A DNA stretch of 64,000 bases. Source: a virus (taxonomy: Duplodnaviria > Caudoviricetes). Under the pieces are notes generated by a model. It saw only the letters and a program-made list of their open reading frames with translations, was not told the DNA's origin and ran no database searches. Location of the stretch: the IMG/VR virus record IMGVR_UViG_2767802108_000001, positions 1-64,000 of that record; one strand, 5' to 3'. Below are positions 36,020 through 46,363 of this stretch, piece by piece; position 1 is the first letter of the stretch, and the number at the start of each line of letters is the position of its first letter. A program made the position numbers and the translations under genes.

Positions 36020-37072
36020 ATGGAGGCTCTCGAGCTCCTCCTGCGGGACACGAACGACACCGACCTCACGGTGTACGCCCGCCAGATCGACACGCCCGCC
36101 AAGTACCGGCTGACCCGCGAGGTCTTTCCGGAAACTCGGGTGCAGGGCATCAAGTTCCGCACCACCTCGGCGAAGCGCCGGGTCAACGCGGCCAAGTTCC
36201 GCGCCTACAACGCGCCGACTGCGCTGGCGCAGCGGCAGGCCGAGCGGATCGTCAACGAGGGCATGCTGCCTGCCCTCGGCCAGACCCTCCCGGTCTCCGA
36301 GATGGACCAGATCCTCCTCGATGTCGACCATGGCAAGGACACGCAGGAGTACATCGACCTGCTGTACTCCGATGTCGACCGGCACGTGGAGTCCATCCAG
36401 ACCGCGCAGGAACTTGCCGCTGGTCAGCTCCTGGCCAACGGTGCCGTCAGCCTGCCCGGCCTCGGCCTTGACGTCGACTGGAACGTCCCGTCCGCCAACA
36501 TGCCCACTGCTGCGACGCTGTGGGACGATCCGGCAGCCACCCCGCTGTCCGATGAGCGCGCGTGGATGGACTACCTTCTGGACAGCGGCGCGCCGGCACC
36601 CCGCGAGATCATCACCTCGCGTCGGGCACGGGCCCTGCTCGCCTCCAACGAGGAGTACCGTGCGGCCTACTACGGGTCCAGCACGGTCGGTGGCACCCCG
36701 ACAGCCACCCTCGCACCCAACGAAGTCGACACCGTCCGCGCCCGGTACGGCCTTCCGCCGATCGTGACCTATGACGTCCAAGTCTGGAACGACGACCAGT
36801 ACGTCCGCGTCCTCCCCGACAACAAGTGGATCATGGTGCCGGATGTTCCGGCTGCCGAGTGGGGCCAGACGCAGTACGGTCGGACCCGCGAGGCCGCGAA
36901 GTTCACCTCCGGAACGAACCCTGCCCTGACGCGGGAAGAGGCCCCGGGCATCGTCGTGGTCACCGGTGTCGAGGATGACCCCGTGCAGATCTACTCACGT
37001 GGCTGCGCGATCGGCATGCCGGTGCTGTACGTGCCGGACATCCACATCTCGGCGACCGTCCTCGGGAGCTGA
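36020..37072 (+). CDS. Major capsid protein (phage capsid E-like)
   Basis: AAKFRAYNAP, W.DPA.ATPLSD, DDPVQI...GMPVL. Confidence 0.88.
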   Translation: MEALELLLRDTNDTDLTVYARQIDTPAKYRLTREVFPETRVQGIKFRTTSAKRRVNAAKFRAYNAPTALAQRQAERIVNEGMLPALGQTLPVSEMDQILLDVDHGKDTQEYIDLLYSDVDRHVESIQTAQELAAGQLLANGAVSLPGLGLDVDWNVPSANMPTAATLWDDPAATPLSDERAWMDYLLDSGAPAPREIITSRRARALLASNEEYRAAYYGSSTVGGTPTATLAPNEVDTVRARYGLPPIVTYDVQVWNDDQYVRVLPDNKWIMVPDVPAAEWGQTQYGRTREAAKFTSGTNPALTREEAPGIVVVTGVEDDPVQIYSRGCAIGMPVLYVPDIHISATVLGS

Positions 37073-37078
37073 GCGGTC

Positions 37079-37381
37079 ATGGCCAAGCTGGTGAAGGCCG
37101 TGTTCGTGAAGGACCCGGAACGCAACCGCACCGTCGTCCTGCGCCCGGGGGAGGAACCGGAGCCGCGCCTCGCGGCCCTGGTCACCAACCCCGACGCGTG
37201 GGAGGACGGGAAGCTGCCCTCCGTCCAGGACGACTCCGCCGACAGTGGCAAGGACCAGTCCAGCAGCGAGGACAGCACCGACAAGGCCGCACCGCCGGCC
37301 AAGCCGTCAGGGCGCAAGCCCGCGGCACGCAAGCCGGCCCGGGGCCGGGACGTCGCTGACGAGGGCACCAGCGGCGACTAG
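37079..37381 (+). CDS. Small head-associated protein
   Basis: LRPGEEP...VTNPDAWE; follows MCP. Confidence 0.7.
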   Translation: MAKLVKAVFVKDPERNRTVVLRPGEEPEPRLAALVTNPDAWEDGKLPSVQDDSADSGKDQSSSEDSTDKAAPPAKPSGRKPAARKPARGRDVADEGTSGD

Positions 37382-37470
37382 CGGGATGCGGGCCCGCCCC
37401 CACGGTGGGGGCGCCACAGGGCGGGCCCGCACCCGCACCACCCCTTCCCACACCAGCTTTGGAGGCAGCC

Positions 37471-37800
37471 ATGGACACCGCCGTACAGGCATGGCTCCTT
37501 GCCCAGCTCGGCGCAGCCACCGACCTCGCCGACCTTGAGACTCGTTACGCCCGCCTCGGATCGGCCCGCGCCGTCGCCATCGAAGTCCTCACCGGCCGTC
37601 TCGCCGACCTCCTGGCACAGCCCACCACCATCAACGTCACCGGCATCGTCGGTCTCGGCTTCAGCGAGAACATCAAGGCCCTGGAACGAAAGATCTCCGC
37701 CCTCCGGGATGGAGACATTCCTGCACCTGACGACCCGGACGGCTCCGACGACGGAACCGGCATCGGCTGGATCGTTCTCAAGGCAAGGCCCCGACGATGA
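37471..37800 (+). CDS. Head-tail adaptor-like protein
   Basis: GGAGG RBS; position and size. Confidence 0.6.
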   Translation: MDTAVQAWLLAQLGAATDLADLETRYARLGSARAVAIEVLTGRLADLLAQPTTINVTGIVGLGFSENIKALERKISALRDGDIPAPDDPDGSDDGTGIGWIVLKARPRR

Positions 37801-38639
37801 CGACCCCCGTCCGACGCCGCAGCCGCACCCTCCGCCAGCGCCTCCTGGCGCTCATCACCGACGCTGTCGACCGGCTTCGCGCGGCGTGGGGCATCCTCAC
37901 CATCGCCCAGACCCGCCTGCTCAACGCGCTGGCCCGGATCCGGCCCGGCCGGACGTCCGGCGGTGGGCGTGCCCTGCGTGCGGCGATCGCCGCGTTCAAC
38001 ACCAGCCTCGGTACGTTCGCTCGCGCGGCCGGTGCCTTTGCTGAACGGTGGGCGTCCGCTGACCTGCCGCTCATCTACCGGGAGGGCGCCTGGCAGATGC
38101 TGGAGAATGCCGACCGGCGCACCGACCGCTTCCAGTGGACCGAACGTCACCAGGCCGCGGTCACCGCAGCGTCTGCCCAGTACTACGCCGACCTGACCAG
38201 CCGCATCGGCGAGGCCCTGCGCCGGGCCCGGTCCTTCCTCCGGGCCGCCCAGGACGCTGCCCGCAGTACCGCCGACCGCTTCGACACCAACCAGCTCCGC
38301 CGCGACCACCCGCTGGACACCGTCGTCTACGCCAACGACGCACGGCATCCGGTCGACGCATGGGCGCGTGCCGCCATCACCTGGCAGGCCGTGACCACCG
38401 CCAACACGGCGGCCGCCCGGACCGCACTGGACGAGCTCGGCACGGAGTGGGTGGAGGTTCGTGATGGGCCCGACTGCGGATGGGAATCGCATAACGATCC
38501 CGACCGGGCCAACCGCACGCTGCGCACCGTCCAAGACGCCCTCGCCCATCCAGTTGCTCACCCTCACTGCCAACGCGAGCTGCTACCGCGCCTCGACCTC
38601 GTCGGCCGAACCGAGATCCGGTCTGGAGCGCTTCTCTGA
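37797..38639 (+). CDS. Minor capsid / MuF-like protein
   Basis: DGPDCGW..H.D, HPHCQRE (HPNCRC-like) motif. Confidence 0.75.
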   Translation: MTTPVRRRSRTLRQRLLALITDAVDRLRAAWGILTIAQTRLLNALARIRPGRTSGGGRALRAAIAAFNTSLGTFARAAGAFAERWASADLPLIYREGAWQMLENADRRTDRFQWTERHQAAVTAASAQYYADLTSRIGEALRRARSFLRAAQDAARSTADRFDTNQLRRDHPLDTVVYANDARHPVDAWARAAITWQAVTTANTAAARTALDELGTEWVEVRDGPDCGWESHNDPDRANRTLRTVQDALAHPVAHPHCQRELLPRLDLVGRTEIRSGALL

Positions 38640-38866
38640 TGCGCCTCACCATCACCTCCGGCGGTTGCACCGTGGACATACGCACCGATCCCGGCGAAGG
38701 CGTCTCGCTACGCGCTGCTGAGAAAGCCGCGCTACGGCTCTTTCACGCACTTCCGCCCTCCGACGACACGACGGAGGACGAGCAGCCGTTCGGATTCGCA
38801 CTCTCCTCCGACACCGAACGAGCCCCGGAGACGCCAGACACCGTGGAGTACGAAGACGATGAGTAA
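38639..38866 (+). CDS. Hypothetical protein
   Basis: Coupled ORF; PFGF motif. Confidence 0.6.
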   Translation: MRLTITSGGCTVDIRTDPGEGVSLRAAEKAALRLFHALPPSDDTTEDEQPFGFALSSDTERAPETPDTVEYEDDE

Positions 38867-39251
38867 CCCCGCAGAGCCGCAGGCGCACGCTGTCCGTATC
38901 GACGCCCAGCCTGGCCAGGCCACCATCCGTATCGGCGGCGAAGCCCTCCCGCCCGGGTCCGTCACCGGCTACGTCCTTCAGCACGACGTGTCCGCGGCCC
39001 TGCCCACCCTGATCCTGCACACCCGGCAGTCCGATCACGTTGCTTTCGAAGGGCTCGCCCGCGTTGCCGTCGGCGTGCCCAAGACCCCCGCCGACCAGAT
39101 CTGCGAGTTCTTGGCCGCGGTTGACCCGCAGATCCTCGATCAGGAGGCCCTCAACCGGGCCGACTACGGTGGCGGGCCCGGCGCCACCGCATGCGCGATG
39201 CTCATGACCCTCACGGAGTGGGCGCGGAACACGGAAGGGGGGACCCGCTGA
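38859..39251 (+). CDS. Hypothetical protein
   Basis: Coupled ORF in morphogenesis operon. Confidence 0.65.
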   Translation: MSNPAEPQAHAVRIDAQPGQATIRIGGEALPPGSVTGYVLQHDVSAALPTLILHTRQSDHVAFEGLARVAVGVPKTPADQICEFLAAVDPQILDQEALNRADYGGGPGATACAMLMTLTEWARNTEGGTR

Positions 39252-39697
39252 TGGCTGTCGATCTCGCCCGGATCCTCGCCAACGTGGCTCCTCTTGTCGA
39301 GGGGATGCTCCTCCTCGACACGGTGCGCTTCGTCACCCCCGGCGGGCCGCCCGTCTTCAACCCCGACACCGGCCAATTCGAGGTACCGGAAGGCGCCATC
39401 ACGTACGAGGGCCCGGGTGCTGTGCAGTCCGGCAGCCTGCCCGAGACCGCGTCCGCAGTCGTCGCCACCCAGCCGTGGGTGACCGAGACCACCAGCAAGT
39501 ACAAGGCTTTCACCCCTCTCGCGGCGCCGATCGCCGCCCGGGACACCATCGTCACCGTCGTCTCCGTTCACGACGGAGGCGACCAGGCCCTCGTCGGACG
39601 GCAGTGGCGCACCATGGACCCCTCCCAGGCGGGCACCCTCGGCGTCATCCGTGTCACCAGCCTCGACCAGATCCAGCAGACTGGCGGGGAGGCGTGA
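39251..39697 (+). CDS. Head-closure protein (DUF6093-like)
   Basis: LLDTVRF...FNPDTG...YEGPGAVQ. Confidence 0.75.
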   Translation: MAVDLARILANVAPLVEGMLLLDTVRFVTPGGPPVFNPDTGQFEVPEGAITYEGPGAVQSGSLPETASAVVATQPWVTETTSKYKAFTPLAAPIAARDTIVTVVSVHDGGDQALVGRQWRTMDPSQAGTLGVIRVTSLDQIQQTGGEA

Positions 39698-40089
39698 TGG
39701 ACCTGGACGAGCTTTCCGACCGGCTGGAGGAGGCCGCCGACCGTGTCGGCCCCGAGGTGAACCGCACGGTGCAGCAGCAGGCGCGGCTTGCCCAGGCGAT
39801 GATCCGCTTCAATGCGTCCGGCCGCCCCGGACCGAACATCATCACGGGCGACTACTTCGACTCGTGGCGCACCGAACCGTTCGCCGTGCCCGATGGTGGC
39901 GGGGCGACCGTGGGCACCGACCGGCCGCAGGGCCGCCGCCTCGAGTTCGGCTTTTGGGACATGACCGACAGCATCGGACGGCATTTCTTCCAGCCGCCAT
40001 ACCCGCACGTGGAGCCCGCAGTGACGGAGCTGTCCGCAGAGTACGAGGACGCCTTCAAAGCCGCCCTTGACCGGATCTTCGGGAGCTGA
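39697..40089 (+). CDS. HK97 gp10-like neck protein
   Basis: GRPGPNIITGDY..SW, RRLEFGF, QPPYPH. Confidence 0.8.
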   Translation: MDLDELSDRLEEAADRVGPEVNRTVQQQARLAQAMIRFNASGRPGPNIITGDYFDSWRTEPFAVPDGGGATVGTDRPQGRRLEFGFWDMTDSIGRHFFQPPYPHVEPAVTELSAEYEDAFKAALDRIFGS

Positions 40090-40091
40090 CC

Positions 40092-40565
40092 GTGATCCAA
40101 CGCCTCCCCGTCACCCAGGGCCTCCAGGCACTCCTGGCATCCCTCACCGGCCGCCCCGTCGGCCTCCGATCCGTACCACTGGACAGCAAGGGCGCCCCGC
40201 TGCCGCCGCCGTACACGCTGCTCTACCCCCTGGACCGGACCGACGACACCGCCACCCTCGCCGACAACCAGCGGGCAGCTGTCCTCGACTACCAGGCGAC
40301 GTTCGTTTCCGGGCCCACCCCCGGCGTCCCGAACAGTCGCGGCGGCGACGAGCAGGCGCAGTGGCTGGCCGACCGCGGGTGGAAGGTCGTCGAACGTCCT
40401 GCGGACGGCAGTCCCGGCTACACGAACGCCCTCAGTGTCGGGCCCGGCGTGCACTGCTGGCGGCGGGAGGCACGCGAAGCAGGGGGAACGTCCGACCAGA
40501 ACGATGCAATCATCACTTCAGTGATCCGTTACCGGCTCTTCCTCGAGGAGCAGCCGGCCGGATAG
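40092..40565 (+). CDS. Tail terminator-like protein
   Basis: PPYTLLYP; YQATFV; position before the tail tube gene. Confidence 0.7.
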   Translation: MIQRLPVTQGLQALLASLTGRPVGLRSVPLDSKGAPLPPPYTLLYPLDRTDDTATLADNQRAAVLDYQATFVSGPTPGVPNSRGGDEQAQWLADRGWKVVERPADGSPGYTNALSVGPGVHCWRREAREAGGTSDQNDAIITSVIRYRLFLEEQPAG

Positions 40566-40692
40566 CCCCTCCGGGGGCAGTGCAGTACCGCACCGCGGCG
40601 GGACCCCACGCGGACGCCACCACCACAGGTGGCCGCCACACCAACACGTGTAGCAGGGGCCCCGACTTGGCCCCTATCCGCGAGGGGCCACC

Positions 40693-41166
40693 ATGGCAAG
40701 GTTTTACCGCAAGGGCATCAGTAAGTACTACTTCCTTCCGACGATCGCCTCCGACACGCTCGTCCCCACCGGCGCCGAGATCGACGGCGGAACGGACTAC
40801 TCGTCGCACATCACGTCCGTCGAGGGCTTCAGTCTGACCAACCAGACCATCGAGACCCCGGACATGGACTCCACGTTCGTCAGCAAGATCGGCGGTGACG
40901 ACTCCGCCGAGGACAGCTCCTGGACCATGTACGAGGACTCGGTCCTCGACGCCATCGAGACCGACCTCGCCAAGGGCACCACTGGCTTCGTCGTTCACTT
41001 CTCCAAGGGCCTGACCGCTGGCACCAAGGGCATGGACGTCTTCCCCGTGACTGTGGTCAGCAATTCCAAGAGCTACGCAGCCGACAACGAGGCTGCCAAG
41101 GTCACGGTCCAGTTCACGATCACGGACCGTCCCTTGTTCAACGGCACCGTTCCCACCCTGACCTGA
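40693..41166 (+). CDS. Major tail tube protein
   Basis: GFSLTNQTIETPDMDSTFVSKIGG; DVFPVTV. Confidence 0.85.
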   Translation: MARFYRKGISKYYFLPTIASDTLVPTGAEIDGGTDYSSHITSVEGFSLTNQTIETPDMDSTFVSKIGGDDSAEDSSWTMYEDSVLDAIETDLAKGTTGFVVHFSKGLTAGTKGMDVFPVTVVSNSKSYAADNEAAKVTVQFTITDRPLFNGTVPTLT

Positions 41167-41260
41167 CCGGCATCATCCCACCAGCCCCCGGCCGGGCCGT
41201 CGCGGTTCAGGGAAGGGCGCCACGCGCCCGGCCGGGCCTTCCCACATGGAGACCCTCCGT

Positions 41261-41788
41261 ATGAGCAGCACTGCATGGGATGCCATTCAGAAGCGCCTGG
41301 ACAGCATGCCCAAGCCCACTCAGGTACTTCGCCTGTGTGCCGACCCCGACGTCCGCGACCGCTACCAGAGCGCGAAGCAGGCCGCCGCGCGTGCCGAGGA
41401 CTACGAGAAGTCGCTCGGCAAGGACGCCGACAAGGACGCCCTTGCCCTTGTCCGGAAGCAGACCCGCGAAGCGCAGGCCGAGTTGAAGGCGGCCACGGAC
41501 GCGTACGAGAGCGCGACCGTCACCCTGACCTTCCAGGCCCTTGAGCGGGGCCAGCTCGAACTTCTCATCAAGGCACACCCGCCGGGCGAGGAGGACGAGG
41601 AGCAGAACTCCGAATTCCACGTCGACACCTTCGCACCCGCCCTGATCGCCGCCGCGTCCACAGACGACATGCCGCTGGAGTACGCGCAGCAGGCCATGCA
41701 GACCTGGCCCCTCGACGACTGGAAGCGCCTGTGGGGCGCCGCGTGGACGGTACAGCAGCGGCAGCGAAGTGACCTGGGAAAAGGCTGA
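41261..41788 (+). CDS. Tail assembly chaperone (G)
   Basis: HPP...FHVDTFAPALIAA; ends DLGKG. Confidence 0.8.
   Translation: MSSTAWDAIQKRLDSMPKPTQVLRLCADPDVRDRYQSAKQAAARAEDYEKSLGKDADKDALALVRKQTREAQAELKAATDAYESATVTLTFQALERGQLELLIKAHPPGEEDEEQNSEFHVDTFAPALIAAASTDDMPLEYAQQAMQTWPLDDWKRLWGAAWTVQQRQRSDLGKG
41776..41782 (+). other. Programmed -1 frameshift slippery site G GGA AAA
   Basis: The -1 frame continues GKRLIDDADFRAEMEL... to 42156. Confidence 0.85.
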
Positions 41789-42156
41789 TCGACGATGCCG
41801 ACTTCCGTGCCGAGATGGAGCTGTGCCGCCAGTACGGCATCCCGCACAGCCACTACCGCGGCCACGGAGACGGCACCTGGACCGACCTCGACCGGCGCAA
41901 GGCACGCGCCTACGAGCACTACCTCAAGCAGGTCTGCCCGACCTGCGGCACCCGGCCCGACGAGTGGGACGAAGACGCCGGTGGTGACGAGGACGCCTAC
42001 CGGGCCACCACGCACCGCTGTATCGGCTGCCAGATCCTCGCCGACCGGCAGAAGGAGATCCCCGACGGCGACGAGGGCCACGGCGTGAAGGTCCTCCTCA
42101 TCCCGACCAGCGTCCACGCCGCCCTGCAATTCCAGAAGCAGCACAGCCACCAGTAG
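41776..42156 (+). CDS. Tail assembly chaperone frameshift extension (GT)
   Basis: WTDLDRRKA...CPTCGTRPDEW...CIGC; precedes the tape measure gene. Confidence 0.8.
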   Translation, partial: GKRLIDDADFRAEMELCRQYGIPHSHYRGHGDGTWTDLDRRKARAYEHYLKQVCPTCGTRPDEWDEDAGGDEDAYRATTHRCIGCQILADRQKEIPDGDEGHGVKVLLIPTSVHAALQFQKQHSHQ

Positions 42157-42172
42157 AGGAAGGAGCCCGCCC

Positions 42173-45100
42173 GTGTCCGAGTGGAACCTGTCGGTACGTC
42201 TGACCGGCCAGGGCTCTGGACTCGCCCGTACCCTGCGCGACCTGTCCGGTGACGCCCGCACCGCCTCCCGGAACGTGAACGCGCTCCGCCGGGACATCGA
42301 CCGGCTTCGCACCGAGACCCGCAACCCGATCCGCGTCCGTCTGGATGTGGACGCCGGGCATCTGCGGGCCGATGTGCGGGCCGCGCTCACCAGCGCCGGG
42401 TCCGGGCAGGGGCTCCGCGTCCGCCTCGGCCTGGACGCCGACCACCTGCGGGCCGACGTGTCCGCCGCCCTGTCCGCAGCCGGTGCCGGGCAGGGCCTGG
42501 CCGTGAACCTGCGCCTCGGCAACAGCATGCAGCTGCGCCGCGAAGTTGAGGACGCCGTGCGGTGGGCGGCGTGGGGACACCGCATCGAGATCCCCATCGC
42601 CCTCCAGGACCCCATGCAGCTGCGCCGGGACGTGTCCGCTGCGGTCCGGTGGGCGTCGATGAACCAGGTCATTCGCGTCCGTGTCGACCCCGACACCAGC
42701 GGCCTCCGGACGCCTCTCCCTGGCCTTCCTGGGGGTTCTGGTGGCGGCGGGGGTCTGGACTTCAACCTCGGTTCTCTCATCCCCGCAGCGACCGCCGTGG
42801 TCCCCCTGATTGCGGGTCTCGCCGCGAACCTGGCCCCGCTCGCCGGTACGTTCGCCGCGACTGGTGGCGCAGCAGCAGCATTCGGGATCGCCCTCGCCGG
42901 CCAGGTCGGGCCACTCAAGGAAGCCTCCGAGGCGGAGAAGGCGTACCAAGACGCCGTCCGCGACCACGGGGCAGCGTCGAAGGAAGCAGCGCAGGCGCAG
43001 CTCGCCTACCAGCAGCAGCTCGCGTCGATGCCGGCGGAGACGCAGAAAGCCGCGGTAGCCCTGTCCCGGTTGAAGACCACGTTCGGCGACTGGTCGGACG
43101 ACATGGCCAGCTTCACCATGGCCCCGGTCGAGAAGGGCTTCACGGTCCTTGAGCAGGTCATTCCGAAGCTGTCCCCCGAGGTGGAGGCGTTCTCGGGCAG
43201 CTTCGACCGGCTCATGAACGTGGCCGGCGGCGCCGTATCCACCCCAGGCTTCGACGCGTTCGCCGACCGGGTCGGGGAACTGACGCAGGCGAAGGTGGAC
43301 GACTTCACCGACCAGATCATCCACCTGCTCCGCGTTGTGTCCCAGGGTGATGCGGACGCCGGCGCGGTCGGACAGATCCTCGCCTACTTCCGGGAGAACG
43401 GGCCGGAGGCGCGGGAGGCAGTCAACGCGATCGGTGACGCTGTCGTCACCCTCGCGCAGGGCGCAGCGCAGGCCGGACCCACGATGCTGACGCTGGTCAC
43501 CGCGGCCGCAAAGCTGGTCGCCGCACTCCCGCCCGAACTGGTCGCGATCATCCTTCAGACCGCGACCGCGCTGAAGCTGCTTCAGCTGTCCGGCGCCGGT
43601 ATGGCTGCTCTGGCGGGCGGGGTCACCCGGGTCCGTACGTCGATTGTCGGCCTGGCAGCAGCGTCCACAGCCGCCGGTGGCGGACTCGCCGGCCTGCGCG
43701 CCGCGTTCCTCGCCCTCGGCACCGCAGCGAAGGCGTCCGTGGTCGTCGCGGGGATCGCCGCCGTGGTCCTGGCGGTCAAGGAGTTGGGGGACCTTGGGGA
43801 GTCTGCCCCGCCCAACGTGGACCGGCTGACCACCAGCCTCGGACAGCTGGGCAGGACCGGTAAGGCCACCGGCTACGTCGCCGAGCAGTTCGGGTCCGAC
43901 TTCGAGAAGCTGAACGACAAGATCAGCAAGGTGATGAACCCCAGTACGGTCGACTCGATCAACAACTGGGGTGCGGACGTCACCAACGGCCTGCTGGACG
44001 CCTCCGATGCTACCGAGGACTTCACCAAGTCCGCCGACGCGATCGACGAGTCCCTGACGAACCTGGTCCGCAACGGCAACGCTGAGCAAGCTGCGGCCGC
44101 CCTCAAGTACATGACCGCCAGCATGTCGCCGGAAGAGGCGGCACGGCTGCGGGAGGAGCTGGACGGCTACGACTCCTCGCTGGCCGACCTCAAGTTCGAG
44201 TCGGACATGGCCGCGGACTCCATGGGGCTGTTCGGGAAGGCCGCTGCGGACGTCCAGGCGCAGCTCAGCGCACAGAAGCAGGCCGCGGACGGGTTGCGGA
44301 ATTCCTTGGTGGCCCTGAACGAGACGAACCGGGACGCCTACTCCGCTGAGATCAACTACGAGCAGGCCCTGGACGACCTGACCGCAGCGTTCAAGGAGAA
44401 CGGCAACACCCTCGACATTCACACCGAAGCGGGCCGCCGCAACGGCGAGGCGATGACTCAGGCGGCCGCAGCGCAGGACGAAATGATCGTTTCCGGGATT
44501 GCGGCTGGCGAGTCGTTCGCGACCATGTCGGGGAAGTCTCAGGCGCTGCGCGCGGAGATGCTGGAGCTGGCCACCAAGGGCTTTGGCGGGAACAAGAAGG
44601 CAGCCGAGGACTACGTCAACACGCTGTTGGGGACGCCCGCCGAGGTCAACACGATCATCAAGGCTGAGACGGCAGCCGCGATCACCGATCTGGAGGCGGT
44701 CAAGAACGAGATCGCCACCACCCATGGCAAAACCATCGTCATGGAGGCGCCGACTGCGGCCGCGCGTGCCCAGCTTGAAGCCCTCGGATTCAAGATCGAG
44801 GACGTACCGGGGTCGAAGAACGTCAAAATCACCATCCCGACCGGCACCCCCATCAGCGCGGTCCAAGCCATTCAGAGCGCCATCAACGGCATGCAGGGCA
44901 AGAACATCGGCATCGGTATCTACAAGACGGAGTACCTGAACACCGTCCGCACCGGCGGTGCCATCGACGGGAAGAAGTACCCGGGCGTCACGCCGCAGGC
45001 CCACGGCTCCGTCCTGGAGTTCTACGCCGACGGCGGCATGCGGGAGAACCACGTCGCGCAGATCGCACCAGCGGGCGCGTGGAGGGTCTGGGCGGAGCCT

Positions 45101-46363
45101 TCCACAGGCGGGGAGAGCTACATCCCTCTCAGCCCGTCGAAGCGACCCCGGTCCCGGGCCATCGCCGAGGAGACCGTCCGCCGTCTGGGAGGCGACCCCG
45201 CCTCCATCCAATGGCACGCCAACGGCGGGATCGACGGCTGGCAGTACGACCCGGTCAGCGGATCCCTGTACTCGCCGTCCGAAGCCGGGCAGGCCGGCCA
45301 CAAGACGAAGAAGGTGAAGACCAAGGGCGGCAAGACCAAGGAAGTCGAGTACTTCGACCTTGCCGCGGTGGAGAAGAAGCTGTGGGACCTCGGCGAAGCC
45401 ACAGCCGCCTGGAACCGCAACTTGGAAAAGGTAGCCGACCGGGCCGGCGGCGATGTCGCCCGTGCTCTGGCATCCATGGGCGAGGACGGCCTGAAGATCG
45501 CCGCGAAGATGGCGACCGGCACGGACAAGTACGTCGCCCAGATGTCCATCGCCCTCAGGAACCTGGAGAAGGAAGCACGGGCCCGCCTGTCCGACTTCAC
45601 GTCCCAGCTGTCCCACGACTCCGCCAACAACCAGATCTTCCAGAACAACCTCGCCAAGCTCGCAGCGATGGGCTACGGCGATCTCGCCGGGCAGCTTGCC
45701 GCGCAGAACGACCAGGCCGCGATGGACCTCGCCGCGGAGGCCGCTGGCAGCAAGTCGAAGGCGAAGAAAGCGAACGAGGAGGTCAAGCAGCGTAAGGCGC
45801 AGATGACCTCCGACGAGATGGCGAAGTTCATCGAGATCATCGCGGCGATCAGCAACAAGAACATCGGGATCCACCAGGTCGCGGACAAGACCGGTCTCGG
45901 TGAGGACGAGATCATCGAGGTCGGGAACAAGGGCAAGCTGAAGCTGCACCAGCTCCTCGGAGCGAAGGCCCTCAAGTTCCTCCAGGACCTGGCGAAGGCC
46001 AACAGCGGCAAGGCGTACGAGAACGGCGGCATCCGGGCCGGCATGTACGCCACGCAGGGCGGCATCATCCGGTTCGCGGAGCCGTCCACCCACGGTGAGG
46101 CGTACATCCCCCTCGGGCAGAACAAGCGGGGCTCCGCCACCCGGGTCCTCGGCGACGTCGCCTCCCGCTTCGGCCTCGGCCTCACCGACGGGCAGGCGTC
46201 CCGGGTCATCATCCGCGAGCAGGGCCCCCTCGTTGGAGAGTCCCACTTCCACATCGGTGACCGTCAGTCCGACCGGGACCTGGCCCGCGCAGTCGAGTCC
46301 CGGCAGGGATATCAGCTGCGCCGTCTGGCGCGCGGCGGCGTAGCAGCAAGGGGAAGCCGATGA
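42173..46363 (+). CDS. Tape measure protein
   Basis: 1396 aa, Ala-rich helical; two AEPST.GE.YIPL motifs. Confidence 0.93.
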   Translation: MSEWNLSVRLTGQGSGLARTLRDLSGDARTASRNVNALRRDIDRLRTETRNPIRVRLDVDAGHLRADVRAALTSAGSGQGLRVRLGLDADHLRADVSAALSAAGAGQGLAVNLRLGNSMQLRREVEDAVRWAAWGHRIEIPIALQDPMQLRRDVSAAVRWASMNQVIRVRVDPDTSGLRTPLPGLPGGSGGGGGLDFNLGSLIPAATAVVPLIAGLAANLAPLAGTFAATGGAAAAFGIALAGQVGPLKEASEAEKAYQDAVRDHGAASKEAAQAQLAYQQQLASMPAETQKAAVALSRLKTTFGDWSDDMASFTMAPVEKGFTVLEQVIPKLSPEVEAFSGSFDRLMNVAGGAVSTPGFDAFADRVGELTQAKVDDFTDQIIHLLRVVSQGDADAGAVGQILAYFRENGPEAREAVNAIGDAVVTLAQGAAQAGPTMLTLVTAAAKLVAALPPELVAIILQTATALKLLQLSGAGMAALAGGVTRVRTSIVGLAAASTAAGGGLAGLRAAFLALGTAAKASVVVAGIAAVVLAVKELGDLGESAPPNVDRLTTSLGQLGRTGKATGYVAEQFGSDFEKLNDKISKVMNPSTVDSINNWGADVTNGLLDASDATEDFTKSADAIDESLTNLVRNGNAEQAAAALKYMTASMSPEEAARLREELDGYDSSLADLKFESDMAADSMGLFGKAAADVQAQLSAQKQAADGLRNSLVALNETNRDAYSAEINYEQALDDLTAAFKENGNTLDIHTEAGRRNGEAMTQAAAAQDEMIVSGIAAGESFATMSGKSQALRAEMLELATKGFGGNKKAAEDYVNTLLGTPAEVNTIIKAETAAAITDLEAVKNEIATTHGKTIVMEAPTAAARAQLEALGFKIEDVPGSKNVKITIPTGTPISAVQAIQSAINGMQGKNIGIGIYKTEYLNTVRTGGAIDGKKYPGVTPQAHGSVLEFYADGGMRENHVAQIAPAGAWRVWAEPSTGGESYIPLSPSKRPRSRAIAEETVRRLGGDPASIQWHANGGIDGWQYDPVSGSLYSPSEAGQAGHKTKKVKTKGGKTKEVEYFDLAAVEKKLWDLGEATAAWNRNLEKVADRAGGDVARALASMGEDGLKIAAKMATGTDKYVAQMSIALRNLEKEARARLSDFTSQLSHDSANNQIFQNNLAKLAAMGYGDLAGQLAAQNDQAAMDLAAEAAGSKSKAKKANEEVKQRKAQMTSDEMAKFIEIIAAISNKNIGIHQVADKTGLGEDEIIEVGNKGKLKLHQLLGAKALKFLQDLAKANSGKAYENGGIRAGMYATQGGIIRFAEPSTHGEAYIPLGQNKRGSATRVLGDVASRFGLGLTDGQASRVIIREQGPLVGESHFHIGDRQSDRDLARAVESRQGYQLRRLARGGVAARGSR

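Noticed and set aside
42098-46252. 1384-aa minus-strand ORF, and similar long antisense ORFs at 25784-28474 and 32176-34302
   Set aside because: Shadow ORFs of high-GC3 genes (tape measure, traB, portal); no motifs of their own.
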